Source: a virus. From it: a DNA stretch of 64,000 nt. The DNA lies in IMG/VR virus record IMGVR_UViG_3300046542_000168, positions 1 to 64,000 of that record; one strand, given 5' to 3'. The notes below the pieces were generated by a model. It was not told the DNA's origin, did no database searches, and saw only the letters and a program-made list of their open reading frames with translations. The position numbers and the translations under genes are program-made. This document shows positions 44,167 through 51,987 of this stretch, one piece after another (within the stretch, counting starts at the first letter, position 1; every line of letters starts with the position of its first letter).

Positions 44167-44477
44167 GTTTTCTCTTGTGACAGCGAGTTGTCTTAACTTA
44201 GCTGGGCTTCTAGGGGTGAGCCTATCACCTCTAACAATTACTGGCATGTAATCATAAACGACCAGTCCCGCCATTTCTGGGACATATCCTTCGTAGGGAT
44301 TTTAAGCAGTGACTAAGTTCATCGCTCAACGTTTAACCAGTAAAGATGCAACGCTCAACGAAGAAACTTTTAAACAGGTAACTTCTAAAGGCCAAAGCTT
44401 CTAAAATCCCAGAACAAGGTTGAGTAGTGGTTAGCTATCGACTCTGACGACGCCCTGGGCTGCTGTTCACAAGAAAC
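44167..44477 (+). ncRNA. Candidate structured ncRNA with a 7-nt periodic AA tract
   Basis: 5' TCTTGTGACAGC pairs with 3' GCTGTTCACAAGA; internal hairpins; about 13 heptad units. Confidence 0.65.
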
Positions 44478-44484
44478 CCATTAT

Positions 44485-44560
44485 AGAGGATTGGCGAAGT
44501 GGGAACGCTACGGGCTTTGATCCCGTCATTGACTAGGTTCGATCCCTAGATCCTCTTCCA
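44485..44560 (+). tRNA. tRNA-Gln(TTG)
   Basis: ACGGG-CTTTGAT-CCCGT arm, GTTCGAT, CCA end. Confidence 0.85.
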
Positions 44561-44722
44561 CATTCGAAGTATCGTTGAAAACTACGGTTGTCTACGCGCA
44601 AACGCCGGACTTCGAACTCTACATACCTGGGAACTCAAGCGCCTTGGTTTGTACAATCCACTCGACCAACCGGATGGATTCAGACGCATGGGATCGTCTC
44701 TAACTTATCCCTACCTATTTCT

Positions 44723-44798
44723 ACCCAGGTAGCTCAACTGGCAGAGCAGCGGCCTCCAAAGCCGTTGGTTGTAGGTTCGACTCCTACCCTCGGTGCCA
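44723..44798 (+). tRNA. tRNA-Trp(CCA)
   Basis: GCGGC-CTCCAAA-GCCGT arm, CCA end. Confidence 0.9.
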
Positions 44799-44802
44799 CT
44801 TC

Positions 44803-44878
44803 GCAGATATAGATTAAACGGATAAATCACGCGGCTTTCAACCGCACGTTCCGAGTTCGATGCTCGGTATCTGCACCA
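44803..44878 (+). tRNA. tRNA-Glu(TTC)
   Basis: GCGG-CTTTCAA-CCGC arm, CCA end. Confidence 0.85.
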
Positions 44879-44900
44879 TTATTCAAGTTAAGGAAGACTC

Positions 44901-45044
44901 ATGGCTCAGAAGCCTTACGATGCAACTAAAGAACACACCCCGTTCGACCGTACCCGTAAAACAGATGGGAAAGGTCGTCACCCTAATAAGGGGTTGAGTT
45001 CGAAGCACCCGGTGTCGGGCAAGAAGAACCGATACTTCGAATGA
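44901..45044 (+). CDS. Small basic protein (47 aa; not in the ORF track)
   Basis: AAGGAAG RBS; MAQKPYDATKEHTPFDRTRK... Confidence 0.5.
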   Translation: MAQKPYDATKEHTPFDRTRKTDGKGRHPNKGLSSKHPVSGKKNRYFE

Positions 45045-45180
45045 TTCCACCAGGGAGGCTATAGGGGTCTTATGACCGCTCCCCGCTGCTGAGGCTACTC
45101 AGTTGTCCCGATGACAGGCAACAGCGTCCTACCCGCTCCCTGGAGCGCTGAGGCACTAGAGAATAGTGCCGTTTATATTC

Positions 45181-45256
45181 GCATTCTAAGCTAACCCGGT
45201 GAAAGCGACGGATTGAAAATCCGTAGAGACTGGTTCGACTCCAGTAGATTGCACCA
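45181..45256 (+). tRNA. tRNA-Phe(GAA)
   Basis: ACGGA-TTGAAAA-TCCGT arm. Confidence 0.88.
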
Positions 45257-45398
45257 TAACAATGAGAACCAGGGTACTGGTTGAGTAGCAGCCCATGGAG
45301 CCGCCAAAGGCGCTGGGCCCGGTTCATTGTTGTACTGTACGCACTGGCCAGCGTACTTCGCGTTTACGGTAGAGGTCGCAAACCGCTTTATTTTCCCT

Positions 45399-45475
45399 AC
45401 TGGTATAGTTCAACTGGAAAGAGCATCCGCCTTCTAAGTGGTTAGTTGGGGGTTCGAATCCCTCTACCAGTGCCA
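45399..45475 (+). tRNA. tRNA-Arg(TCT)
   Basis: CCGC-CTTCTAA-GTGG arm. Confidence 0.88.
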
Positions 45476-45610
45476 GATATGCAAGAAAGTTGTAGAAAGT
45501 TCGAACTATTTTCATATTGCCTATTGACAAAATAGAAAAGTGTGAGAATATTCACGGACTCGAAGTTACCTTCGACTGAATTACCCCTCTTGTATGTAGT
45601 TCCCCTCTTA

Positions 45611-45686
45611 GCCTAATGATTCCTCTGGGAAGGAAGACGCACTGTCGATGCGTTCGCTGCGGTTTCGAATACCGTATTAGGCGCCA
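45611..45686 (+). tRNA. tRNA-Asp(GTC)
   Basis: ACGCA-CTGTCGA-TGCGT arm. Confidence 0.82.
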
Positions 45687-45691
45687 TATTT

Positions 45692-45769
45692 GCCCTTGTA
45701 GCTCTTAACTGGCAGAGCAGCCGCCTTGTAAGCGGACGGTTGGGAGTTCGAATCTCTCCTGGGGCACCA
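45692..45769 (+). tRNA. tRNA-Thr(TGT)
   Basis: CCGC-CTTGTAA-GCGG arm. Confidence 0.88.
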
Positions 45770-45776
45770 TATTCTT

Positions 45777-45852
45777 TCCGGTATAGCTCAGTTGGTAGAG
45801 CAGCGGCCCGATAAGCCGTTTGTCACTAGTTCAAGTCTAGTTACCGGGACCA
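45777..45852 (+). tRNA. tRNA-Ile(GAT)
   Basis: GCGGC-CCGATAA-GCCGT arm (C at position 33). Confidence 0.85.
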
Positions 45853-45857
45853 TCTAT

Positions 45858-45931
45858 GGGCTGTAAGAATTACGACAGTTCGCCTGCCTTGCACGCAGGA
45901 AGCCAGGGTTTGACTCCCTGACGGTCCACCA
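45858..45931 (+). tRNA. tRNA-Ala(TGC)
   Basis: CCTGC-CTTGCAC-GCAGG arm; G3:U70 pair. Confidence 0.85.
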
Positions 45932-45999
45932 TTACAAATGCAGAGACTTACGGCTTATGTCGTTACAAGTCAAACCGGGGATATGCACCCCTTTACAAT

Positions 46000-46081
46000 A
46001 GCGAGAGAGTTAAGACTGTCTGGTGATGTCGCCCGGCTCATAACCGGCTGCTTTGTGGTTCGATTCCACCTCTCGCCACCA
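46000..46081 (+). tRNA. tRNA-Met(CAT), initiator-like, atypical D region
   Basis: CCGG-CTCATAA-CCGG arm; 1:72 mismatch; CCA end. Confidence 0.7.
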
Positions 46082-46085
46082 TATT

Positions 46086-46174
46086 TGAAGAGAGAACCTG
46101 GGTTCAAGTCCCTTGTCTCGGAAGGCCCGCCTGTATAACAGGGCTGATAGCTTAGTGGATTAAAGCGCTCTTCA
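46086..46174 (+). ncRNA. Circularly permuted tRNA-like element (T arm before D arm)
   Basis: TGAAGAG...GGGTTCAAGTCCC...GGGCTGA-TA-GCTTAGTGGATTAAAGC-G-CTCTTCA. Confidence 0.6.
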
Positions 46175-46245
46175 TCTCACACACTGGGTTGCTCCCCATG
46201 TGAACACTCGCCACAGAGTGTATAAATAAGTGTGGCACGATCAAT

Positions 46246-46322
46246 TGGACATAAGCTAACTAGGCGGAAGCGGGTGGCTGTTAACCACCAGATGCTAGGT
46301 TCGAATCCTAGATGTCCAGCCA
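46246..46322 (+). tRNA. tRNA-Asn(GTT)
   Basis: GGTGG-CTGTTAA-CCACC arm. Confidence 0.9.
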
Positions 46323-46438
46323 ACTTTGCGACGTGAGGTTTTATGCCCACGATCCTTCCAGGGCTTACCTGGGAGAGATGAGAGTCGCGCATTAAGCTGT
46401 CTGCTAGGCCCGGACGTTAAATGGGCGACAAGATCAAT

Positions 46439-46514
46439 ACCCCGATGGCTGATCGTCTTAGGCAATCGCCTGCAAAGCGATATCAGGCTGGTTAGATTCC
46501 AGCTCGGGGTTCCA
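46439..46514 (+). tRNA. tRNA-Cys(GCA)
   Basis: ATCGC-CTGCAAA-GCGAT arm; U73. Confidence 0.85.
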
Positions 46515-46522
46515 GTTATAAA

Positions 46523-46608
46523 GGTCGTTGTAGAGTCAGATGGCTACTGACAGGGCGCTGTAAACGCCCCGCTTCTGCTAGAGGTTCAATTCCATCCTTC
46601 GACCACCA
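46523..46608 (+). tRNA. tRNA-Tyr(GTA), imperfect stems
   Basis: GGGCG-CTGTAAA-CGCCC arm, CCA end. Confidence 0.72.
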
Positions 46609-46694
46609 ATTTGCCGTATAGGTGCCATACCCGAAAGCATTCGTGCAGTGAGGGCAGGTTATCGTCCCCTTCCCAGGGCGGCAGACGCGAGAAT

Positions 46695-46771
46695 GAGACG
46701 TTGGCCGACCGGCGCTAGGCAACAGGCTTTTAACCTGTATTAATCTGGTTCGATTCCAGAGCGTTTCACCA
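46695..46771 (+). tRNA. tRNA-Lys(TTT)
   Basis: ACAGG-CTTTTAA-CCTGT arm. Confidence 0.88.
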
Positions 46772-46776
46772 ACAAT

Positions 46777-46843
46777 GGAGGGTCCGCTGGGACGGGACTA
46801 CTGAAGAAGTAGAGAGTGTGGTTAGAATCCACTACCCTTCGCC
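46777..46843 (+). pseudogene. Degenerate or minimal tRNA
   Basis: GGAGGGT/ACCCTTC acceptor stem, GTGG-TTAGAAT-CCAC T arm, shrunken D arm, no CCA. Confidence 0.5.
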
Positions 46844-46849
46844 TTATAT

Positions 46850-46937
46850 AGTAGATTGACCGAGAGGCCGATGGTAGGGGATTGCTAATCCCTACGGTGT
46901 AACAGCCGCACAGGTTCGAATCCTGTATCTACTGCCA
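46850..46937 (+). tRNA. tRNA-Ser(GCT)
   Basis: GGGA-TTGCTAA-TCCC arm, long variable arm. Confidence 0.9.
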
Positions 46938-47042
46938 TATTCCAGGCAAACAAAAGCCGCCTTAGTAGGGCGGCTCTTGACAACGAACTCTACCGTTCAT
47001 TGTAGGTGGGATGCACTGGCGTACTCCGAGGGGAATCCTATC

Positions 47043-47348
47043 ATGTGGACGAATGGCCGACAAGGCACCGGGTACGCGAAACTAACGCTCCTAGCCACCT
47101 CCAGGCTCGACTGTCACGTTTTACGATATATGCCTGGGGATAGCATTCCATCTCACACAGATAAGCTTGTGGACGGCAGGAAGCACTTCAGGATGAACAT
47201 CCGGCTAGCCGGTGAAGACACTTTCAAGTGCTGCAAGGTATTGTTTAGATTCTGGCGGGTTACGATCTTCCGACCGGACCTCTATGAGCACTCAGTACCG
47301 GCAGTAAAGAGAAAACGATACATGCTCAGCATCGGCTGGGTAATATGA
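47043..47348 (+). CDS. 2OG-Fe(II) oxygenase-like protein
   Basis: LRY...HTD...FRPDLYEHSV...KRY. Confidence 0.75.
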   Translation: MWTNGRQGTGYAKLTLLATSRLDCHVLRYMPGDSIPSHTDKLVDGRKHFRMNIRLAGEDTFKCCKVLFRFWRVTIFRPDLYEHSVPAVKRKRYMLSIGWVI

Positions 47349-47353
47349 TACAA

Positions 47354-47438
<85 letters not shown>

Positions 47439-47490
47439 TTTACAACGATTGAAGGTTGAGCCTATCGCTCCCTCTCGTTACAACGAATAC

Positions 47491-47578
47491 GGCGTGTAGG
47501 CTCCATGGGGAGATGCGGTCTTGAAAACCGTCCCATTGCAGAGATGTGGTGAGGGTTCGATTCCTTTATGCGCCTCCA
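47491..47578 (+). tRNA. tRNA-Ser(TGA), atypical
   Basis: GCGGT-CTTGAAA-ACCGT arm, long variable arm, CCA end. Confidence 0.72.
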
Positions 47579-47680
47579 ACTTAACGCACGAGACTGGAGG
47601 CTGAAATGCCCGTGCGATCCGGCCGATACGGCTCCCAGCCTTGAGCGGGTATGAAAGGATAATGCCTGTAACGCACAAAC

Positions 47681-47703
47681 AAAAACACCGCCTTTCGGCG
47701 GTG
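47681..47703 (-). terminator. Terminator for mvaT
   Basis: CACCGCC/GGCGGTG hairpin with T-run on the minus strand. Confidence 0.7.
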
Positions 47704-47723
47704 CTCAGGAACGCAAGTGAAGA

Positions 47724-48113
47724 TCAGCCCAGGATAGTTACCCAGCTCTCTACGGACTCATTACCCCACTTCGCTTTCCACTCTTTCAGAGTCTTGTGGT
47801 TGCCACCTTTCGTCTCGATGACTTCGCCGTTGTGCGGGTTTTTGTACTGCTTAACGTGACGCTGACGACGAGTAACGGAAGAGGATTTATCAGAAGCCTG
47901 CTTCGAAGACTTACCGCCGTGGCGACCGTCTGGGTCCATAATACCCAGGATGTCTTTCAACGACTTGCTATATTCGCCCATCAAGCTACGCAGCTTACCT
48001 TCGAATTCCAGTTCTTCTTGCAATTTACCGTCCGACTGGAGGGTAGCCATGCGGGCCTGGAGTTCTTTAATTGCGGCTTCTGTAGCGCGGTATTCAGCAA
48101 TAACTGACGACAT
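47724..48113 (-). CDS. mvaT: MvaT/TurA-family H-NS-like xenogeneic silencer
   Basis: EYRATEAAIKELQ...ELEFEGKLR...VKQYKNPHNGEVIETKGGNHKTLKEWKAKWG. Confidence 0.95.
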   Translation of the reverse strand: MSSVIAEYRATEAAIKELQARMATLQSDGKLQEELEFEGKLRSLMGEYSKSLKDILGIMDPDGRHGGKSSKQASDKSSSVTRRQRHVKQYKNPHNGEVIETKGGNHKTLKEWKAKWGNESVESWVTILG

Positions 48114-48207
48114 ATTTGCGTTCCCCATGGGATGTCTGTGTGATGTGTCAGAGGATATACACGGCTTATTATTATGTAAAGCCCTTAGTGTAAAAGTTTT
48201 TTAAAAT

Positions 48208-48284
48208 CTCGCTGTAGCTCAGATCGGTAGAGCGCCTGCTTTGGGAGCAGGAGGCCGGGGGTTCGATGCCCTCCAGCGTGACCA
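48208..48284 (+). tRNA. tRNA-Pro(TGG)
   Basis: CCTGC-TTTGGGA-GCAGG arm. Confidence 0.9.
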
Positions 48285-48299
48285 TATTAAGATGTAGTC

Positions 48300-48374
48300 G
48301 TGGGGCCGTGCTGCCTGGATGTAGCCATCAGGTTGTGACCCTGTTGTCGGAGTTCGAATCTCCACCTCACCCCA
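48300..48374 (+). tRNA. tRNA-His(GTG), atypical
   Basis: CAGG-TTGTGAC-CCTG arm; C73-CCA. Confidence 0.7.
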
Positions 48375-48379
48375 ATTTA

Positions 48380-48456
48380 GCGTGCTTCGTATAGCCAGGT
48401 TATTACCTCCGGCTTCCACCCGGATGACAACAGTTCGAATCTGTTAGCCCGCACCA
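48380..48456 (+). tRNA. tRNA-Gly(TCC)
   Basis: TCCGG-CTTCCAC-CCGGA arm. Confidence 0.88.
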
Positions 48457-48460
48457 ATTC

Positions 48461-48534
48461 GCTCGATTAGCTCAATGGGAGAGCAGAGCCCTTACAAGGC
48501 TTTTACGGTGGTTCGATTCCATCATTGAGCACCA
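48461..48534 (+). tRNA. tRNA-Val(TAC)
   Basis: AGCC-CTTACAA-GGCT arm. Confidence 0.88.
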
Positions 48535-48594
48535 TATTACGGATGAATGAGGTACATGCCCTCAGCCCTTACGGGTGCCGTAACCCCACCTCTG

Positions 48595-48620
48595 AAACCC
48601 AGCCCTCTGCTGGGTTTTTT
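48595..48620 (+). terminator. Terminator ending the tRNA cluster
   Basis: AAACCCAGC-loop-GCTGGGTTTTTT. Confidence 0.8.
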
Positions 48621-48637
48621 CGTTCCTGAGAAAAGAT

Positions 48638-49048
48638 ATGGCCGGAAACCCGAACCTACAAAAAGGTGGTGCCTCGCTGAATCCAGCAGGACGCCCGAAA
48701 GAAACCCCCGAACAGAAAGCCGCGAAGCTGAAGCAAAGTAAGCTGCGGAAGACTGAGAAAGCCCTACTTAACCTCAATGCGGCTGCCCTGGAGAACATCC
48801 GGCGAAGTGTAGAGGGTGAAGACATCGATAAAGAAGTGGTTAACACCAGTAAGTGGGTTGTAACGACAACTGTAACCGTTTCTAAGGCCGCAATGACCGA
48901 AGAGATGGAGTTGAACGGCCTGAAGGACAAAGCGGGCAGAGAGGCCCTAACAGAGGCCCAGGCAGATGAAGATGACGCCAGTGATGCTATCGCTGAGTTC
49001 TCGCTTCACATGCTCCCTACCCCAGCCCAGTTGAAAGGCGTTAAGTAA
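48638..49048 (+). CDS. Putative terminase small subunit
   Basis: GNPNL...NPAGRPK motif; upstream of the large subunit. Confidence 0.55.
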   Translation: MAGNPNLQKGGASLNPAGRPKETPEQKAAKLKQSKLRKTEKALLNLNAAALENIRRSVEGEDIDKEVVNTSKWVVTTTVTVSKAAMTEEMELNGLKDKAGREALTEAQADEDDASDAIAEFSLHMLPTPAQLKGVK

Positions 49049-49338
49049 TGCCAGCAGGTTTACAAACCTGGGATGAATACGGACGCCTCCGATTAGATAC
49101 CAGTGTGCGTATGGCAAACATCGTTGGCCTAGTTTATACAAACGGGACAAACGGTAGTATTGCTACTGACACATCTAAGGGCACACCGTTCTTCTATGTA
49201 ACCCTTCCCTTCGACCCCTCCATTAGTACGCTTCTCCCGACTGTATATTTCAGTGGTAACACACTTATCTGGCAGTACATAGGCGGTACTGGGTATACCG
49301 CCCCAGTCGGTGTCTACATAACATATGGATTCTTTTAA
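49048..49338 (+). CDS. Tail-tip-associated small protein
   Basis: MPAGLQTWDEYGRLRLD...YGFF pattern. Confidence 0.6.
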   Translation: MPAGLQTWDEYGRLRLDTSVRMANIVGLVYTNGTNGSIATDTSKGTPFFYVTLPFDPSISTLLPTVYFSGNTLIWQYIGGTGYTAPVGVYITYGFF

Positions 49339-49340
49339 CC

Positions 49341-50018
49341 ATGCCAGCAGGGTTTCAATCTATCAACGATAGCGGTACGGTCCAGATTGATGAAAACTAC
49401 TCGACTCTGACCCTTATCGCTGCACCGACGATCACAATCAATGGTGCAGGCCCAGGGTCAGCGTATCCTGGCACAATGTGGGCAAGTTACACGGTTAACA
49501 GCCCCAACCCCCAACTTTTTATCGGCAACACCTCCGGCGTATATGTAGCGGTTGTTAGCCGAACAAACCCCAGTGCTGGAGTCTGGACCTACACGTTCGC
49601 AGCAGGCGCTGCGGTTTCTGTACGGTTATTTATTTATTCACAAGCAGTAATGACTGCCGGTAACTGCGGAATGCAGGTATTTAATTCCGGTGGTGGACTC
49701 GTCTTCGATAGTTCTGCTCCATTCCTCCGTATGTCTGCGGTATATCAGATTGGTGGTGCAGCGGGCAGTAGCTCCTTCGGTATTCCGCAAGACGGTCGGG
49801 CCTACGCTGCCGCTCTCTCATATAGTCGGTGCTCGATCACTGGCCCAGGTGCTGGTTATTACTACTGGATGGCTGAGTGGATTAACGTCAGCGGGACCAC
49901 GATTACAACATCTACTCAGGGACCAATCTACCGGTTTCCTGCAAACAACCCGTATGCCTATCCCCCTCTTGCTAACGCACCCCCGCAAGTGTTGATGGTC
50001 GATGTGACATATATTTAA
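49341..50018 (+). CDS. Tail-tip-associated protein (possible receptor-binding protein)
   Basis: MPAGFQSINDSGTVQID, GMQVFNSGGGLVFDS, LMVDVT. Confidence 0.6.
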   Translation: MPAGFQSINDSGTVQIDENYSTLTLIAAPTITINGAGPGSAYPGTMWASYTVNSPNPQLFIGNTSGVYVAVVSRTNPSAGVWTYTFAAGAAVSVRLFIYSQAVMTAGNCGMQVFNSGGGLVFDSSAPFLRMSAVYQIGGAAGSSSFGIPQDGRAYAAALSYSRCSITGPGAGYYYWMAEWINVSGTTITTSTQGPIYRFPANNPYAYPPLANAPPQVLMVDVTYI

Positions 50019-50025
50019 AGGATTA

Positions 50026-50460
50026 ATGATGACCGAACAAGCAATCGCTGAAGTGGTGACTACCTCTGTAGTCAAGCCAACTAAAGCCACAAAGAAAGTA
50101 AAACTAGTCAAGCAGAAGATTACATTGTTCTCTGCTGACCCGATGACCCTTATCGCTAAGCTTGAGGAATACATCCTCGCAGGCGCTAAGGTAGACCCAA
50201 CGGAATTCTCCTACCTCAAGACACTGCCGATGCGAATTGGCCTGTACGTCGAAGGTCCGGCAGATAAAGACGACTGGTTGTGGAAGAGCGATGCCCACCT
50301 TAATTGCTTCGGCATTGATGTAGCAGAGTTCACATATGATGCAAAGGCTCTTGATGCCCTGGAGTGGAACGACTTCCGTAAAGTCTGTGCTGCTGTGGAC
50401 GTTAAAGGCCGGGACCGCGCCAAGATGACTAAAGAGTATCTGGCCGCGATTGCTGAATAA
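50026..50460 (+). CDS. Hypothetical protein
   Basis: AAGGGA RBS; co-oriented. Confidence 0.7.
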   Translation: MMTEQAIAEVVTTSVVKPTKATKKVKLVKQKITLFSADPMTLIAKLEEYILAGAKVDPTEFSYLKTLPMRIGLYVEGPADKDDWLWKSDAHLNCFGIDVAEFTYDAKALDALEWNDFRKVCAAVDVKGRDRAKMTKEYLAAIAE

Positions 50461-50469
50461 GGTTGACCT

Positions 50470-51975
50470 ATGGCCAATCCTCCATTTCAGCAGAAGAAGG
50501 AGCTGATTGGCCCCGCCTCAGCAAAGCAAGTAATGATGTTACAAGCCGCTGCATCTACCGCCGTTATCGGTGGAGCTGCTGGCTCTGGTAAAAGTCACAT
50601 TGCCCTTCTATTCCCTCTCAAGTACAAAGATGACCCCTACTTCCGTGGCGTTATCTTCCGTAAGACTACAGGCGAACTTCAAGACCTGTGGGACCGTGCT
50701 TGCGAGATGTATCCGAAGCTCTACCCGAAAGATGATCGCGGTAGAAGCCCCGTCAAGATCCACCAGCAGAAGATGCGTATTACCTTCCCTTCTGGTGCGA
50801 CTGTTTTATTCTCTTACCTCGATCACGAGAAAGATAAATACAAGCATCAGGGTAAGGAATACACCTTCATTCTTTTCGATGAAGCAACGCACTTCTCGCA
50901 AACTCAAATTGAATACCTACGTGGTCGTCTGCGTAGTTCCCGCTCTGAAAATCCAATTCAGATGATCCTCACGGCAAACCCGGACCCCGACTCAATTTTA
51001 TTTAACTGGGTTGAATGGTACTTGCACGAAGACGGGCTGCCTAATCTTGATAAAGATGGCGTTGTTCGTTACTACGTGATGGAAGGCGGTGAATACATCT
51101 GGGCAGACACTCGTGAGGAACTAGAGGCCATTCACGGCACCGGTCATGAAAGTGGTATCCAGTCGTTCACGTTCATCTCTGCAACGTGTTATGACAATCC
51201 CGTGTTGCTCTCCAACGACCCTTCATATCCGAGTCGGCTTAAAGCGAACAACGAAGTGGACGTGCAGCGGTTGCTATATGGTAACTGGAAAGTACGCCCT
51301 TCTGCTGCCGGGATTATGAAGCGTGAATGGTTCCACGAACTAGAGCAAGAGCCCGCCTGGACAGAGATTATCAAGTCGGTACGTGCGTTTGATTTCGCAG
51401 GTACGTTAAAGAGTGATTCAAACCCCAGCCCCGATTACACCGCTTGCGTGAAGATGTCACGACTCAAGAGCAGTACTTACCACATTCATGAAGTTCGCCG
51501 TACACGTATTCGTTACGGAGACTGGGTGAAGTGGATTCTACACTGCTGTGTCGATGATGGCCCGAAAGTCGATGTAATTATCCCTATCGACCCTAACCCT
51601 GCTGCCGCTGCTGCATCAATGATGCTGGCACGAACTCTCAGCGAACATGGGTTGTATGTTCGAAGGTTTAAAGCCTCCGGCAAAAAGATTGATCGTGCAA
51701 GGCCATTCGCCTCGATGCTGCTTAATGGTGGCGTCAGTATCTCTAAAGACTGTGCAGTCGATGAAGAGAACAAAATCAATTACGACAACACTTTCTATTT
51801 CAAAGAGTGCGAAGCATTCGATGGTGAAAAGAGGAAAGGCGAGAACGGTCACGACGATATGGTCGATGCCACTTCCGATGCCTTTATGGCCCTCGCTCAG
51901 AAAGCTGTTATCCCCAACGTTTCTCACGGATTGAAGCAATTCAATACCTCTTTCAGTAACCCATTCTCACGATAG
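50470..51975 (+). CDS. Terminase large subunit
   Basis: GGAAGSGKS, FDEATHF, TANP, HDDMVDA. Confidence 0.93.
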   Translation: MANPPFQQKKELIGPASAKQVMMLQAAASTAVIGGAAGSGKSHIALLFPLKYKDDPYFRGVIFRKTTGELQDLWDRACEMYPKLYPKDDRGRSPVKIHQQKMRITFPSGATVLFSYLDHEKDKYKHQGKEYTFILFDEATHFSQTQIEYLRGRLRSSRSENPIQMILTANPDPDSILFNWVEWYLHEDGLPNLDKDGVVRYYVMEGGEYIWADTREELEAIHGTGHESGIQSFTFISATCYDNPVLLSNDPSYPSRLKANNEVDVQRLLYGNWKVRPSAAGIMKREWFHELEQEPAWTEIIKSVRAFDFAGTLKSDSNPSPDYTACVKMSRLKSSTYHIHEVRRTRIRYGDWVKWILHCCVDDGPKVDVIIPIDPNPAAAAASMMLARTLSEHGLYVRRFKASGKKIDRARPFASMLLNGGVSISKDCAVDEENKINYDNTFYFKECEAFDGEKRKGENGHDDMVDATSDAFMALAQKAVIPNVSHGLKQFNTSFSNPFSR

Positions 51976-51987
51976 TAGGGAACATGA

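Noticed and set aside
44310-44410. Coding heptad repeat or CRISPR-like array
   Set aside because: A period of 7 nt is not a codon multiple, no ORF is listed there, and only the AA dinucleotide recurs
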